From Tubulanus polymorphus (Eukaryota > Animalia > Nemertea): a stretch of DNA of 64,000 nt. The stretch covers positions 177,463 to 241,462 of the forward strand of contig NW_027437431.1 of assembly GCF_964204645.1 (NCBI RefSeq). Reading direction: 5' to 3'. Shown here in pieces: positions 25,201 through 39,340 of this stretch (position 1 is the first letter of the stretch; each line of letters opens with the position of its first letter). Below the pieces are notes generated by a model, which made no database searches, was not told the origin of the DNA, and was given only the letters and a program-made list of their open reading frames with translations. A program made the translations under genes and the position numbers.

Positions 25201-26158
25201 CTTGATATCCAGGACCCGGTTTCACAGTTCCGAATTAAGATTTGACTCAAGAGTTAACTCATTGAAAATGAACTCATTTTAAATCAGAGTTAACTCTAAC
25301 TCACAACTGTGGGAACTGGATCCAGGTAACAACAGAGAGTCCGGATTTACGTTCTCTCCGAAAGGGCTAACGCGCTCGACGGTTCTTCTATTTCGCGTAG
25401 AAATGTGACCGAGGTTTCTAACCTATACATAGTGTTTTCAGCCACGTGACACATTCCAAATCTTTGAAAAGTCATATCTCGTGTAGCCCCTAACCTCCGC
25501 GTAAAATATCGTTCCCAATGTCGGCAAGTCAAACTAACCTACGTAAAATTTCTCTTTCCCAATGTCGGCAAGTAAAAATAACCTACACTGATCTCTGGCG
25601 CATTGATTCTTTTTTGTGATAAGTCTCATCGTCCTACTTTTCCGTATACGCACATGTACTAAAATGGATACTTGAGCCGGGTTTCACATAAAAATGTCTG
25701 TGGATATAACAATAAAATTTCGTAACACAAAAAAATATTTGCCCCAACTACAATGCAGGAAGATTTTTAAAAAGGGCAGGAGCAGATACAAAAAGGGCTT
25801 TAACCAATATCTCTGGAGAAGGCTAGCAGTACTGTCCCTGTTATTTCCGACGGCTAGCGGTACTGTCCCTGTTATTTCCGACCCTCAAATCCAAGGCAGA
25901 AAAAATCCCAGAGAAATATCAGTTCAGCATATTCTTCAAATAACTATACCGGTAAATACATCTTTATTTCACAATCGGAAAAACCACAAATAATCTTTTA
26001 ATGAAATTAGAACAATAGCGTTTACTGCAACAATTCTAAACGTAATTGAGGTTTTAAGAAAATAGAAACATGACTTGATAACAATGAATTCATAACAGAA
26101 AATCTTATTGCTAAAAAAAGTCAGAGAGTTTGTTGTATACGAGTACGTATGAAAATAT

Positions 26159-29100
26159 CGTCAATAGTAGGACGAAGGGTGAATGGGAATTTTTTACAGT
26201 TTTTAACTGAGCCCACTAGGAACATTATGGGGATGGTTTCTATGGCCTTATGAAGTATTTTTGTCTATTTTTACTGGAAATACGATTTCTAAAAATCCAC
26301 TAAGGTCATCTAAAATATTAAGCCCAATTACCTCATTCGCCATTTTGTTAAATATGCATTGCTATAGTAACGACTTAGCAACTACAAGTGGGGCGAATGA
26401 GTGAAATTTAAAAACAAAAACGATATGGCCTAAATTTCATTATCGATTCTGTTTGACTGAGTCGTTTAGTAACCTGACAAATTTCAAAAACGTTTCCTAT
26501 TGGTGGAGATTTCATTCATCGTCATTGAGTTTTGCTTGTCATCGGTGGTGAAACGAATATAAAAAAATCTACATTATCAAAGGTAAGTTTTGCTTTACGG
26601 AGCCTAATCGTATATTTTGATATTTCTAAATACAATGATTATTATCATATTGAAATTCATTTCACATTATCCGAATACATATTCTTATTTCTATATAGAT
26701 GGAACCGTCTGAGTTAATCGCTGATCTAGTTTCTGTAAGCTAGTGCGAACTCGTTAAAGGTTACAGCAGATACAAGATAGGCGCAAGAATTCGTTATCGG
26801 TGGAGCAAAAGGTGGTGGTACGGAAAAATAGTCGATACTGATATAGTTTCAGAAGATAAAGATAACGATGTTCCCATGACAGTTCTGTTAAAAGCTAATT
26901 GTGGAGAATCTCATGAAAATGTAAGCATGTTTAATTATATCGAAAATATTCCACCATCTCCTAAGATAGCAGAGGAAACTGAGCGTCCTGTATTCAAGGA
27001 TATAACAAACGTCTGCTTGTGCGAATTGAAAAGTTGCGAAGAAGTTTTTGCTGCATGTAACTCATGCAGACCATGCTGTGTTATAACCATTTTACTCAGG
27101 AGAATTGCCCAGTTCGTAACCCTCAACCTTCGGTGACAGAAGATTCGTTGATGAACGTCGAAATATCCCCAGAAATCTATATAGTAGAAGGTGAAGAACA
27201 AGAGCCAATATCACCCCTCCTTCCTCCAGAAAAACCAACAGAAAAACGATCAAAGGCAAGAAGAAAATTAGTGAAAGAAAATAGAAATCGAGGAATTGAA
27301 TACTCAACAGAAAAAAGTGACATCACTAAATCAATGCAATTGGCGATACATGCAAGACGTTAATAGTTTAATCTCCACTTTCGACAACCTAAACCCTACA
27401 ACCAGCATTGTTCAGCTAGCCAAATTTATTAAACTCGGTCTGCCATTGTCCTAATATTTCTTCGATTAATGTTCTGTATATTTTCAATTATGTTTTAACT
27501 CATCTGTAATTAGTGTTAATTATGCTTCATTTTATTATTTGTTTATCTCCTATTATGTATATACTTGATTTTCCGAATTTGTATCAGTTGCAAACAATGT
27601 TTTATTAATGTTTATGCTGAATAAAGATTGAATTGAATTGAATTGCAAGAATATAGGAAGATGTCTGCAAAAATCCTATGTTTGCGATAGTATCACTAAC
27701 GAACGCACAGAGCAAATCCTCCTCTCATATTGGCATAAAGGTGATTTGAGGGAACTGCGCCATTGAATTAAGTCTCACATTACATCAAATGAACCCATGA
27801 GACAACAAATAAACAGTCGAAAGTCCAGAACCATCAAATACTTTCTTCCAGATACTGAGGGCCATCTGCTACCAGTATGCAGAATCTTGTTTTTCAATAC
27901 ACTTTGTGTCAGTGAAAAGGTTGTCCCGACGGTACTTAGTAAAACTGACGAAACTGGTGCCCTTGAAGATGAGCATCGTGGTGGTCGAGTTGCAACTCTT
28001 GCAGCACGAGACAATGTATTACGTCAATGCGTCGAAGGTCACATCAACAGATTCCCCAGAACAGAATAAAACTACTGTAGGAGAGACACAAAATTTCAGT
28101 ACCTTTTACCAGACCCCACCCAAAGAAAAATGTGGGAATTGTATGACCACGAGTGACAACCAGAAAACAAAGTGTCTTTCTCATACTATTGCAAGGTCTT
28201 CAAATCTATGAAATTGAAATTTCATTATCCCAAGAAAGATGCATGTGGTTTATGCGAATCATATCGTAACGGAAATGAAACAGAGAAGGCCAAACTGAAG
28301 GGTCAATTTGAAAGCCACATCAGTGAAAAGGAGAAAGTTCGGAATATCAAATTGTCTTTGAAATGTCATGCATCATTAAATGACAAGATAACATCTGTTC
28401 ATTTGATCTACAACAAATAATATTCCTACCAAAAACAAACCGCTCGTTAATATTCTACAGTAGAAGATTATCTTGTTATAACTTTACGATATACGATGTC
28501 AATTCGAAACATTGTGAATGTTTTTTATGGCATGAAGGCATTGCTGGTCGAGGTTCAAACGAAATCGCCTCATGCGTGTATCAGTACTTGAAAAGAATTG
28601 ACGCATACTCTGTACGCCATTTATTCCTTTTTGCTGATGGATGTTCCGGGCAGAATAAGATTAGTATTTTATCGTGTATGCTTTTGTACTTTGTCCAGAA
28701 TAGCGTTAATGTACAACAATGTATAACAATACATTATTTTGAACCACACCACGGTCAAAACGAGGGCAATGCTGTACACAGAGTTGCGTCGAACGCGCAA
28801 TAAAATGAATTCCGGAGATTATGACACCGAGCGAATTTTTGGCAATAATCAAAATGGCACGCTTGAGATCAACAACTAGCGTCACTCAAGTGGATACTGG
28901 CGATATCCTGAACTGGAAAGATTTGGCGAAAAATCTGTCCATTCTTCGCATTCGAGAGGCCAGCGATGGTTGGTTGGAAATTGACTGGAAAAAGTTTGCG
29001 AGTTGCAAGTGAACAAAGTTCACCCAGCATAATCGGATTCAAGATGTCGCATCATGATGACGTATTCGCACCTTTAGATCGTAAGTCGAGACGAAACTTC

Positions 29101-29718
29101 GTAGAGATGGTCCCATATCCAATGCCGGCGTACGATGAAAAACCGAAGTTGAGCGCCGGCAAGTTGAATGATCTGATGCGTTTATGTCAGGGAGAAATGC
29201 CGGTAATCAGTAATTCGGATACAAAAGCGTTTTACCAAAATCTTTCCCACAAGAAATTGAGAGTTGAATTGTTTGTTTCGAAAATAAATTTACTTTTCGT
29301 GGATTTCCTGTGTTTTGATACTTTTTCTTTCTAGTAAATGATAGATATCATTTTAAGATACACATTTCCATACACAGAAAGGACAAATGAAGGACGAATC
29401 GGAGTATTAATTTGATTCCTGTTATGACAAATGGGTGAATCGAGGGCAATTGAACCATCAATGCTAAGTGGTTGATTTTACGAAAGGGCGAATGGGACAT
29501 CTATATTCAATGAGACCAAACACACTAAATTCATGTCCAAAATGATAAATATTTGTCATGTTGATAGAAATTATCAAGATTTAATAAATGGTACCAAATA
29601 AGAATTAATAGCATACATATTTACTTGATTTTAGCGGTCTGAATTCAAAGAAGAATTCAGACACGCAATAACCCAAATGTTCTATTACCCCATTCGCCCC
29701 TTCGTCCTACTACTGACG
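26159..29718 (+). mobile_element. Degenerate Sola1-like DNA transposon
   Basis: ~30-bp TIRs CGTCARTAGTAGGACGAAGGG..GAATGGG. Transposase motifs PKKDACGLC, DLQQ, FYSRRLSCYNFT, WHEGIAGRGSNEIASC, DGCSGQNK, HGQNEG. Superfamily call is from motif recognition. Confidence 0.7.
27332..27646 (+). mobile_element. 5'-truncated LINE 3' end nested in the Sola1-like element
   Basis: AT-rich 3' UTR ending AATAAAGA(TTGAA)3. It interrupts the transposase frame. Confidence 0.5.
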
Positions 29719-30189
29719 TCATATCAGAAAATCTTATTGTTAAAAGTCAGAGAGTTTGTTGTATACGAGTATGAAAATATGATATATCTTTATCAAAGTG
29801 ACATGTGTATATAATAGTTCATTTGCTTACAATTGTTTGTTTTTATCACCCCCAATAGGTATCTACAAGTCGTTTGGATAAAGCTAATAAAGGACCATGG
29901 GTCCAGAAGGATCAACTGAGTACATTTTAGTTTTGAGCACAAAATCGATTTGTTCTTAGATTTGCAACAAAATCAGAAAAGTTACAACCAAATTTTCAAA
30001 TGTTCCATAAGATTCTTATACAAAATGATACTTGACAGTTTGGTCAATATAAGCATAATATAAAAGCTGTATAAAATGAGAAACTGGAGGTCCAGAGACA
30101 CGATGCCCACTAGCTGAAATGCTTGATAATCTGATCATTTTAATATGCATGACCCTGGTGATCAAATAAAAATTCCATACCAACATTCC

Positions 30190-30606
30190 GGTATCAGGAC
30201 AATTGCCCCCGGACAATTGCCCCCCAAATTAAATCTTCTTAATCTTAAAGTAACACAGATATTTACACAAATTAATTAGACAAAATGAACTAATTCTAGC
30301 TAATTACTCTAGGACAGCTTTAAAGTTTTTGATTGGCTAAAGTAACACTAAAACTAATTCCAATAAATTAGCCGACGTTAACGATTGCACAAATAAGTGG
30401 ACCTATTAAGTTTTCTTTAATTCGGTAAGTGAATTATCATTACGCAAGGACTGATTTAAAGTTTTTGATCTGCATACAACATCAGTAATTCTATATCTTA
30501 TAAATCTATATTCAATAATAGACAAATCAATTTCTAAGTAAAGTATTTAGGTGGTGTTAATACAAATCAAAAAGGATTTTATTCGGGGGGCAATTGTCCT
30601 AGAATC
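30190..30606. mobile_element. Mutator (MULE)-type MITE
   Basis: TIR core AGGACAATTGCCCCC/GGGGGCAATTGTCCT. 9-bp TSD CAACATTCC at 30181-30189 and 30607-30615. Confidence 0.75.
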
Positions 30607-32196
30607 CAACATTCCATATCAATTCCAACCCTTTTTCCCTCCTAATGACAAAATAGCAGCTGTGTCAGCTAGTCAGCAATGGCATAAGCCGAAAAACTGT
30701 AAATATATGTAATTCAACATTAAAGCCTACTGGAGGAGAGAAAAAACAACAGGTAATCTTAATTCGACTTGAGATGTGTTCTACCTATAACAGTGCTAAC
30801 AATCATTATTGAATATAAATACCGGTACAAAAACCAAAATCCTACTGTGATATTTCCTCACAAACCTTTTCCCATCTATGAACAAATAATTTGACCAAAA
30901 CAGACAATAAAGGTCCAATGGCCCTGTGGCTCACCATCAAATCATAGAGTGTATATTGTCAAAATTATTACACTAACTATGAATTAATTTGGATTGCAAT
31001 CGAATGTAGGATAGATTACCGAATTAAAACCATCAACTGACGACGATATGCTGAACAAACTCTTCAAACAACAATCTTTTATTCTTAATCTAATCACTTC
31101 ATTAATTCTTAGCCCCTTATTACACGATTAATACATACTAAGATATTATTATACTCGCAATTTCCAGATTTTATTATCCTTGAATTAAATCAAAATACAC
31201 GCCCAACGCACGACTTCTCCCAGTCTCATATGAGTTTGTTTTTAACAGCACACGTGTGATAACTATGCTGTACGTTCTCTACTGATCGCTCCACACGGAT
31301 TTCCGTAGTACGATAGCTGTATATATAAGGGTATAATGTGTGCAGACTAGCTCCCACCTCTAAATCAGTTGAAAAAACTGACTGTTGATTAGATGAAAAG
31401 CTGAGAGCATTCCACTGCCCGCTATTGTCTACAGACTATTCAGTCCATTATTAATTTATTACCGCTCACAATTCTACCTAAGAACGTACTAAAATTGAAT
31501 AGATTAGAGCAGTAACACGGTTCACAAAAATCCTGGTTAGCAGGTCTTTTAAGGCATTGACAAGACAAATCTAAGCCAAAACTCCATTGGCATCGCCATA
31601 CTTGCTATTTGGATACTGAATTGAATAGCCTACTTGTTTATAATCGTAACACCGAACAAATTATAAGCTAACATACGATACCTAGTCGAATGAAATGCTC
31701 GCCATTGGGTTTTCCCAATAGGCTTTCCCAATTACATCAGAAGTTCCTGGAATTTCCTGTATATCTAACAAACAGCCAATCACATTCAATGTACCTCAGG
31801 TAACAAGGTCAACTCGGATGAATAGAAGCGAGAAAATTTAGGGGGTTTATAAAGTGAGGGCCTATAGGTCGAAAAGTACATCCAGATGAGTCGCACAAAA
31901 AACGGCAACATTTCCAGTAAGGATTGAACTTTTATATATTTCAATTCCAAGTATGCAAATTCTCATATGTGAAAACGTGCCATTACTTAGTGCTAAAAAG
32001 CAGGGTTTTTACATGTTTATCAAGAATAAGTCCCCTAAAAATAACTCAATCACTATGAAATTTTTGTGGGCTCAAGAACTCATTAAGCCAAACCATGACA
32101 CCAAAAATCAACACTATTCGTTCAACAGCCATGTTTGTGCCTTGTTGAATCACCGATACTCTATTCATTTTCGATGAAAACTGCTTCACCAGATCG

Positions 32197-32566
32197 TTTG
32201 CATAGGCAAACCTCATCCTCCCCCGGCAGGGATTCGAACCTGATGGCATCGAGATTGCCACGGCACGAAACCCTGCCATAATCGACTGTGTGCGCAGATA
32301 CATGCGCAGTTCAGATGATGTGATTTTTAGCCAATCAGAAATCCCGTTTTATTTTAGCCCGGGTTTTCCCATTTATAGTTCTTCCTTGAAATTTGCCTCA
32401 ACGATTATACAACAAGCAATCTGATTGGTGCCGCCAGTTTTCGTTCGGAAAGCTGCGCATGTACCTGCGCACCCGGTCTACTGATGCAGGGGTTCGTGCC
32501 GTGGCTGAGTGTAGCGATGCCATCAGGTTCGAGTCCCTGCAGAAGGAGGATGAGGCAAACCTATGG
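32197..32566. repeat. Palindromic MITE-like element with ~110-bp imperfect inverted arms
   Basis: CCTCATCCTCC...GATTCGAACCTGATGGCATCG...GTGCGCAG mirrored by CTGCGCAC...CGATGCCATCAGGTTCGAGTC...GGAGGATGAGG. Confidence 0.6.
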
Positions 32567-32826
32567 TTCGCCAAAAAGTGATCGCAATAGTCATATGGGG
32601 CTTGAGTTCTACTTTAAGAATTTATGTTAAGAATCTAGCTTAAAACCGATTAAAACAATGTGACATTTGACCCTTAGAGGCTAGTTTGTGTTGCCGTGCA
32701 ACTGAAACTGGCAGTGTCCTGAAGTGTTGATCGACTATCAGCTACTGTAGGCAGGTAGAATATTTTGTTATCATTGCTAATTATCGAATTGACTTGACAC
32801 CAAACTACAATGTTTTGTGGAGTTAA

Positions 32827-33573
32827 CCCTTTGGTGCCTTGAGATGCTGGAAGCGAATGTCCAAACGACGAATCGTGCATGAAAAAATCTTTTTAGTGTC
32901 CAAGCGAAGATAGTTATGAGGACTGGACATTCTGAAGGGGCAGGTGATAGCGACTTAGGTGACTATTCTAATCAAAATAACACTGGAAATGGCTCTGAAT
33001 GAGACTATCATGAACACTGATACCGAAAATGAGGATAATAGCGATGCTAGGGGGTAGCAACACTGACAGTGACCTTGATTTACCCCCTCATCCCGAGGAA
33101 GTGATAATGATAATAAGGATGATATAATTTACCACCATTGTGATGAGCGACAAAAGCTGGGAGAGCTGATCAGAGAGAAAGTAGCATAGACAACTAAGGA
33201 ACATTTTTTAAGTTGTAATAGCATACATTTATTATTTAGCTGAAATGAATAAAGCTTGTTGGTAACTGCAAGTGATTGTTCTAATAAAGGTAAGATACTT
33301 TTCAAAGAAAAAGTTCTGTTTTCAGAATTAAACCCAAAAATTTTTTTGGGTGTTTAAAATTTTCCAGCAGCCCCCCAGATGTATAATTTTGGACAGTGGA
33401 TTCTAATTCTGCTAGAAGATACCTTTTACCTGATACTTGGTTGAATACTGTAGCGCCAAAAATAAAAAAGTAATAGCAATTTCATTATCAGCTGTTTTTG
33501 TCTTTCATAAAAACAAAAGAAATGCTCAGGCAGATTAATAGCTTTACCGGTTGAAAGCTCAGGCACCAAAGGG
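32827..33573. mobile_element. Non-autonomous piggyBac element
   Basis: TTAA|CCCTTTGGTGCCT...AGGCACCAAAGGG|TTAA, with an internal acidic transposase N-terminal remnant. Confidence 0.85.
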
Positions 33574-34316
33574 TTAACATTCTCTACTACATATCTATGG
33601 AACACATGTAATGAAAAAACATCGCATGTATTCCACTGTGGTATTTTTAGTTACACACTATGTTAAAATTGCTATTACCCCCCGGTATGCACCGAATGAA
33701 TACTTGCTACAATGTAGCTTATTTTACAATGTGCCCAATGAATTCGCCAAGAAGCAGCTTGTTTGCTGCACTTTGCTTATTTGTAATATAGTTCAAAATC
33801 ATGTCAAGAGATGGAAGGGCCGTATTTAGCAGGGGGCAGGGACAATTGCCCCCAAGAAATTTTGGAAAAATGCTCATTTATTGTTATATCCTATAGAACT
33901 GCCCTTTTATGGATTCTTCTGCTCTCTAAAATTCAAATCTTAGGTACAGCTATGGCGCACTAACAAGATGTCTTTTGAACTAGATTGAATTGAATATGAT
34001 TAATCAGACGCTGATAATTACAGGCAAAAAGATAATGATTCAAGGTAGGTCAGCATGATTTTCAAGTTGTGACCAGTTAAGTTGAATCAAGGCATGTCAC
34101 ACAGAGACATAAACCAGCCTCTATATACAATCATGGATGTATATACATCCATGATACAACAGACAAGATAATGGTCCTGGCATGATGTGCACGATATACA
34201 TAGAATTAAAAACCATTCCAACATGAAATATAAAGTAATGATACGTATTTACAAATTGCTGTTATTACCAGGATAAGTGCTAGTAACTATCAAGTAGTAC
34301 AACATTATTTACCGCT

Positions 34317-34792
34317 TTAGATGACCATACATAAACGGATTTGCTTCTTTTCTAGTTTATCAACCAAATTGGCAATTCGACATACTTTGATGCTATCAGC
34401 ATTTCCCAGGCTGAAAACTCTGAGTAAATCATAATGATCACGCAGTTCATTTGCGCAGCTGATTTGCTGGATGGATATTTCAAGCACTTCTTTTGAATCT
34501 GAGACGGTAGCCTTCACTTCGATGTATTGTAACTGTTCATCACCATTGACATCTTTGAGAGAGAGCACAAAATCATAAGGATGTCCTATTTCATCTTGTT
34601 CGTTCAACCAGGTAACTTCGAGAATTTTTTTATCATTATAAGTATCCAAGCTCTTCAGGTACTGATGCACAAGTCTTTCCCCAAGATTTCCGATTTCCGG
34701 TTGGTCAGCTGCTTTATCGAACACGACCTGTTCTGGAATGTTTGGAATGTGTAATTCTTCGAATAGAGTCTCATCTCGGATTTCATAATGAT
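34317..34792 (-). CDS. Terminal exon of host gene; DUF3883 / NO VEIN C-terminal-like (PD-(D/E)xK-like) domain
   Basis: GNLGERLVHQYL...WLNE..E.GHPYDF...YIEVKAT...EIS. Acceptor TTTTCAG precedes 34792. Phase 1 matches the upstream exon. Confidence 0.75.
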
Positions 34793-35164
34793 CTGAAAAT
34801 AGTTCAGTGAAAATTTACAATAAATCCACTCTAATCATCATCGATGCATGCAACCTCGTCAGAGAATCACATTTTTTTTCTTAACCCATTTACACTCAAG
34901 CCGCCCGTAGCCACCCTGCCTATTACTCCTTAAGCCGCCCGCATCCGCCCGCCACTTTTTTCGTATGCTGCACAAAAACAGTTATAGTGGGATTTGAACC
35001 CAATGGCTTATGATAAACGAGACACCCAAGTCCTCAAAATACCATACAGAAATCAACATCCTTCCATCATTTTTCGAGTATTTGGAGTATGAACATGACA
35101 GATCTGAGCGCTCACTTCAAATCCAAGTAAGTTTGGATGAATTTTGGGGGCACAATTTTGGTGG

Positions 35165-37340
35165 TTTACCACAATCATAGAACATGTCAGCAGCTATGAT
35201 TTTGTAATTGATTGTGAAAACGTTACCTCGTTACCAATTTAATATGGAAATACTAAGTATTCTACTATTCCAACGCCCCCTGGTGACCATATTCAAAACC
35301 CAATGACCTTAAAACTCATCATAATCATAGAACATGTCATAAACTACAACTTTGCAATTGATCATGATAACAAAATATGTCTCGTTACCAATTTAATATG
35401 GAAATACTAAGTATTCTACTATTCAATGCCCCCTGGTGACCATATTCAAAACCCAATAACCTTAAAACTCACCATAATCATAGAAAATGTCATAAACTAC
35501 ATCTTTGCAATTGATCAAGGTAACAAAATATGCCTAGGTACCAATCTAATAAGGAAATACTAGGTTATTCTACTATTCAACGCCCCCTGGTGACCATATA
35601 GAATAACTAATGTCCTTAAAACTCACCACAATCATAGATGATGTCATGAGCAACAACTTTGCAATTAATTATGGTAACAAAATATGCTTAGGTATCAATA
35701 TAATGTGGAAAAACATTTTCCCACCTACCAATGAGTACTGATGATACCAAGATGGCCGCCAATTGCGTCACAAATGGCCGATCAAAAATACCTGGCTCAG
35801 GTATAAAACAACCCTTTCCAAGGAATACCCATCAAAAATTGCAATGAGAAATGGCAAACCAGTAGGAAGCTACAGGACTCAGAATTTGGGCCAAAATTGA
35901 CATTTTTGGGCACTAAAAAGGTCATAGGACGGCCATCTTGAGTCCGATCGACCCAATTTTTCTTATGGTGATGGGCCCTGGGGGGATTCAAATATATATG
36001 AAAGATCAAGGTAATTGATTTAAGCGTCTTCAAAATTTCCCTCAAAAAGTGTAAAAAGTGCTGATTTTGACGAACAACAATGGCTGCCAGTCGGCCATCT
36101 TGAATCTGAGAGGGCCAGTTTTTGGGGTGAAGATGTGTCTAGGGTAGACACATGTATAAACCAAATATCAAGACATTACCTTGAAGCGTCTTCAAAACTT
36201 CCCAAAATAACTAGATTCCGTCTACGGACGGACGAAAAGTGAACGCAATAGCCCGCTGGGACTAAAGTCCCAAGTGGGCTAAAAACCAATGACCTTGAAA
36301 CTAACCACAATCATAGAACATTTCAGCAGCTACAATTTTGTAATCGATTGTGATAACAAAATATACCTCGTTACCAATTTAATATGGACATACTAAGTTA
36401 TTCTACTATTCAATGCCCCTGGTGACCATATTCAAAACCCAATGTCTTTGAAACTCACCACAATCATTGAATATGTTATGAGCTACAACTTTGCAATCGG
36501 TCATGGTAACAAAATATGCCTAGGTACCAATATGATTAGGAAATACTAAGTTATTCTACTATTCAACGCCCCCTAGTGACCATATGGAATAACTAATGTC
36601 CTTGAAACTCACCACAATCATAGAGGATGTCATGAGCTACAACTTTGCAATTGATTGTGGTAACAAAATATGCATTGGTACAAATATAATATAGAAATAC
36701 TAAGATATTAACGCCAATGACCTTGAAACTCACCACAATCATAGAACACTTTATAAGCTACAACTTTCTAATTCATTGTGGTCACAAAATATGCTTAGGA
36801 ATCAATATAATGCCGAAAAACTTTTTCCCACCTACGAATGAGTACTGATGACACCAAGATGGCCGCCAATTGCGTCATAATTGGCTGATCAAAAATACCT
36901 GTCCCGGGTATAAAACATCCCTCTCCAAAGAAAACCCATCGCAAATTGCAATGAGAAATAGTAAACCAGTAGGAAGCTAAGGGACTCAGAATTCGGGCCA
37001 AAATTGACACTTTTGGGCACTAAATAGGTCATAGGATGGCCATCTTGAGGCTTATTGACCCAAGTTTTCTTATGCTAATGGGCCCTTGGGGGATTCAAAT
37101 ACATATGAAAGATCAAGGTAATTGATCAAAGCGTCTTCAAAATTTCCCTCAAAAAGTTCAAAAACGTGTAAAAAGTGCTAATTTTGGCGAACAACGATGT
37201 CTGCCAGTCGGCCATCTTGATTCTGACAGGGCCAGTTTTTGGGCTGAAGATGTGTCTAGGGTAGATACATGTGTAACCCAAATATCAAGACATTTTATTA
37301 AAGCGTCTTCAAAACTTCTCAAAATAACTGGATTCCGTTT
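35165..37340. repeat. Satellite-bearing non-autonomous element (Helentron-associated HINE/DINE-like), ~135-bp monomers, two related blocks
   Basis: Repeated CTCACCACAATCATAGAACATGTCAT...TTCTACTATTCAA units. Block ~35720-36225 is duplicated at ~36815-37340. (GGAC)n and a 3' palindrome GCCCGCTGGGAC-TAAA-GTCCCAAGTGGGC followed by an A-run at ~36225-36286. Confidence 0.65.
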
Positions 37341-37341
37341 A

Positions 37342-38267
37342 CGCTCCTTGCCACTACGAGATATCTCGTAGTAAGCCCGGAGTGAATGAATTCATTTTTT
37401 TTCTGTTTGGCAATGTGGATAACAACATAAATCGAAGTCTGGCAACTCAGATAAACAAGTAATTTTAAAAAAATCAATAACTAACTTTTTTTATCAATTC
37501 TTTATTTATTTATGAACATCTAAAAAATCAAATTATATTACGTGCTTATTTTCACATCAAAGTTTATAAGGCATCAAACGCTTATCAAATACCTTTCCTA
37601 ATTGGAAAGAAATGATTCACCTCACTGTGAATCGATAATAAACATAGTACGATAGAAATTATAGCATTGTTGTCATGGCATTTCTTTAGTTTTGTACATG
37701 GTATCTCCTGAAACAAGGGGTTACACATAATGCTGGTTTTCCAGGACAGACATCACAAACGTAACGTGTTTCTTTGCGGTTACCATCTCTTCTGCAAATG
37801 CGACATGGCTTTGTGGGGTATTGCTTTCTATCTGATGGGGGAACACATGAAGATAGTGAAATGCTGCTGGAACATCTGGGTTTAGGGGAGGGGGAACTAA
37901 TGCAACTGGTGCCAAGGCGGGGGATGTCGCCAAGCAAATGTTTGACGATGGCTTCACGGAAAGCTAATATCTGAATTGAGTCATTTGCATCATTGTACAT
38001 CATATGTGCATTGACAATGCTCATTTCTAGTATGTGCAAGCCAATCTTTTAACCAACTACAAGTCTCGTAGCTGGCAACTGGTATAAAACGTTTACCCCC
38101 ACTGCCAACTACGAGACTCGATTCAACTCTGTTTTCACCATATAATAGGTGTAATACATGCATTAAATGCAATAAAAATCAATATATGTGGTTTCCGCCT
38201 GCTTTTCGTTGATTGGTGAAATTGGCAATGTTGAGAAAAAAAAATTTTTTGAGTGGCAGTCAACGTG
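37342..38267 (-). mobile_element. piggyBac remnant with transposase C-terminus
   Basis: Cys-rich domain CRICRRDGNRKETRYVCDVCPGKPALCVTPCFRRYH and VNAHMMY. TTAA at 38268-38271. Confidence 0.8.
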
Positions 38268-38699
38268 TTAAGTCCCAAGTGGCTAAAAAAGGCCTTACCA
38301 TTTGCAATGTATATTTACATTGCAAATAATGACCTTCCCTCGCCATGCATTACGTCGCAAATATGTGGTTACTACAATAGCGGCTGTGGGGAGTCATTAC
38401 GCCGCTGGCGTGTAGCCGTTCATCTGGGCTTGTCCGCTTGAACTTAGTTTCAATTCTCACTCACAGATGGAGGAGGTTTAGTACCTCAAATATTGAATTG
38501 ATTTCAATTGAATAATGCCATCGGGTTCAAATCCTGGTGAGGGGTGCTGCATTATCTACTGTAGTGAAGAAGTTAACCCATTGGGTATTCTAACAGAGAA
38601 CAGACGTACTTTAAATCTGAGGGTAGAGATTTGAGGAATTTGATTTGACGGCGTATTTGTTGTACGAGAAGAATATTACAATTCTCTATAATATCTTAC

Positions 38700-38853
38700 C
38701 AAAATTGAGCCTGAATTTTCGAACGCTTTGTGGGGTTTTATCATAATCGACCAATTCTGAGGATTTCATGTGTTCCCAGGGGTGTTCTCGACTCGTGTCC
38801 ATTGCCAAATCTGAATGATTGTTGGTTGTGGTACTCTGAACAGAGTAACCACT
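38700..38853 (-). CDS. Internal exon of the same host gene
   Basis: TTTTTCAG acceptor, G|GTAAG donor, 154 nt open (phase 0 to 1), in frame with the terminal exon. Confidence 0.6.
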
Positions 38854-39212
38854 CTGAAAAAAGATCAAGATATCCACATATAAATAAAGTGTTTGGTTTC
38901 TATATCTACTGTACTGTAACCTATCATAATAGATTATTGTAAATTACATATACCCATTAAGATTATCGCTTTACGAAGCAAAAGCCTAAGAAAGTACAAG
39001 TCTTAGACATGTTCTAGATATGTTTCTGATACAATATTCCCTGAATGAAGTGTATATTGATATTCGAAGGAGGAATTCCTGCCACTCTTAATTCAGGAAA
39101 TTACTACACTAGTTTACAATATTTATTTTGACAATGATAGAAATATGTAAATGATAAAGAATACAAGCCCAAATGAAATCCTAAATTCACTGAGACGCTA
39201 GAATTCACTTAC

Positions 39213-39340
39213 TAATTCTGCACTATCAGCTGATCTTGGTCGTTTAGCCGGACGATCAATGTCTGTTCTGTCATTGTCCCGTTTAATTGAACCAGCAACT
39301 GCACTGCTACTGCTATCCTGTGCTGAGCTTATCATTTCGC
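39213..39340 (-). CDS. Internal exon of the same host gene
   Basis: CTTTCAG acceptor, GTAAG donor, 128 nt open (phase 1 to 0), includes an NLS-like RPAKRPR. Confidence 0.55.
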
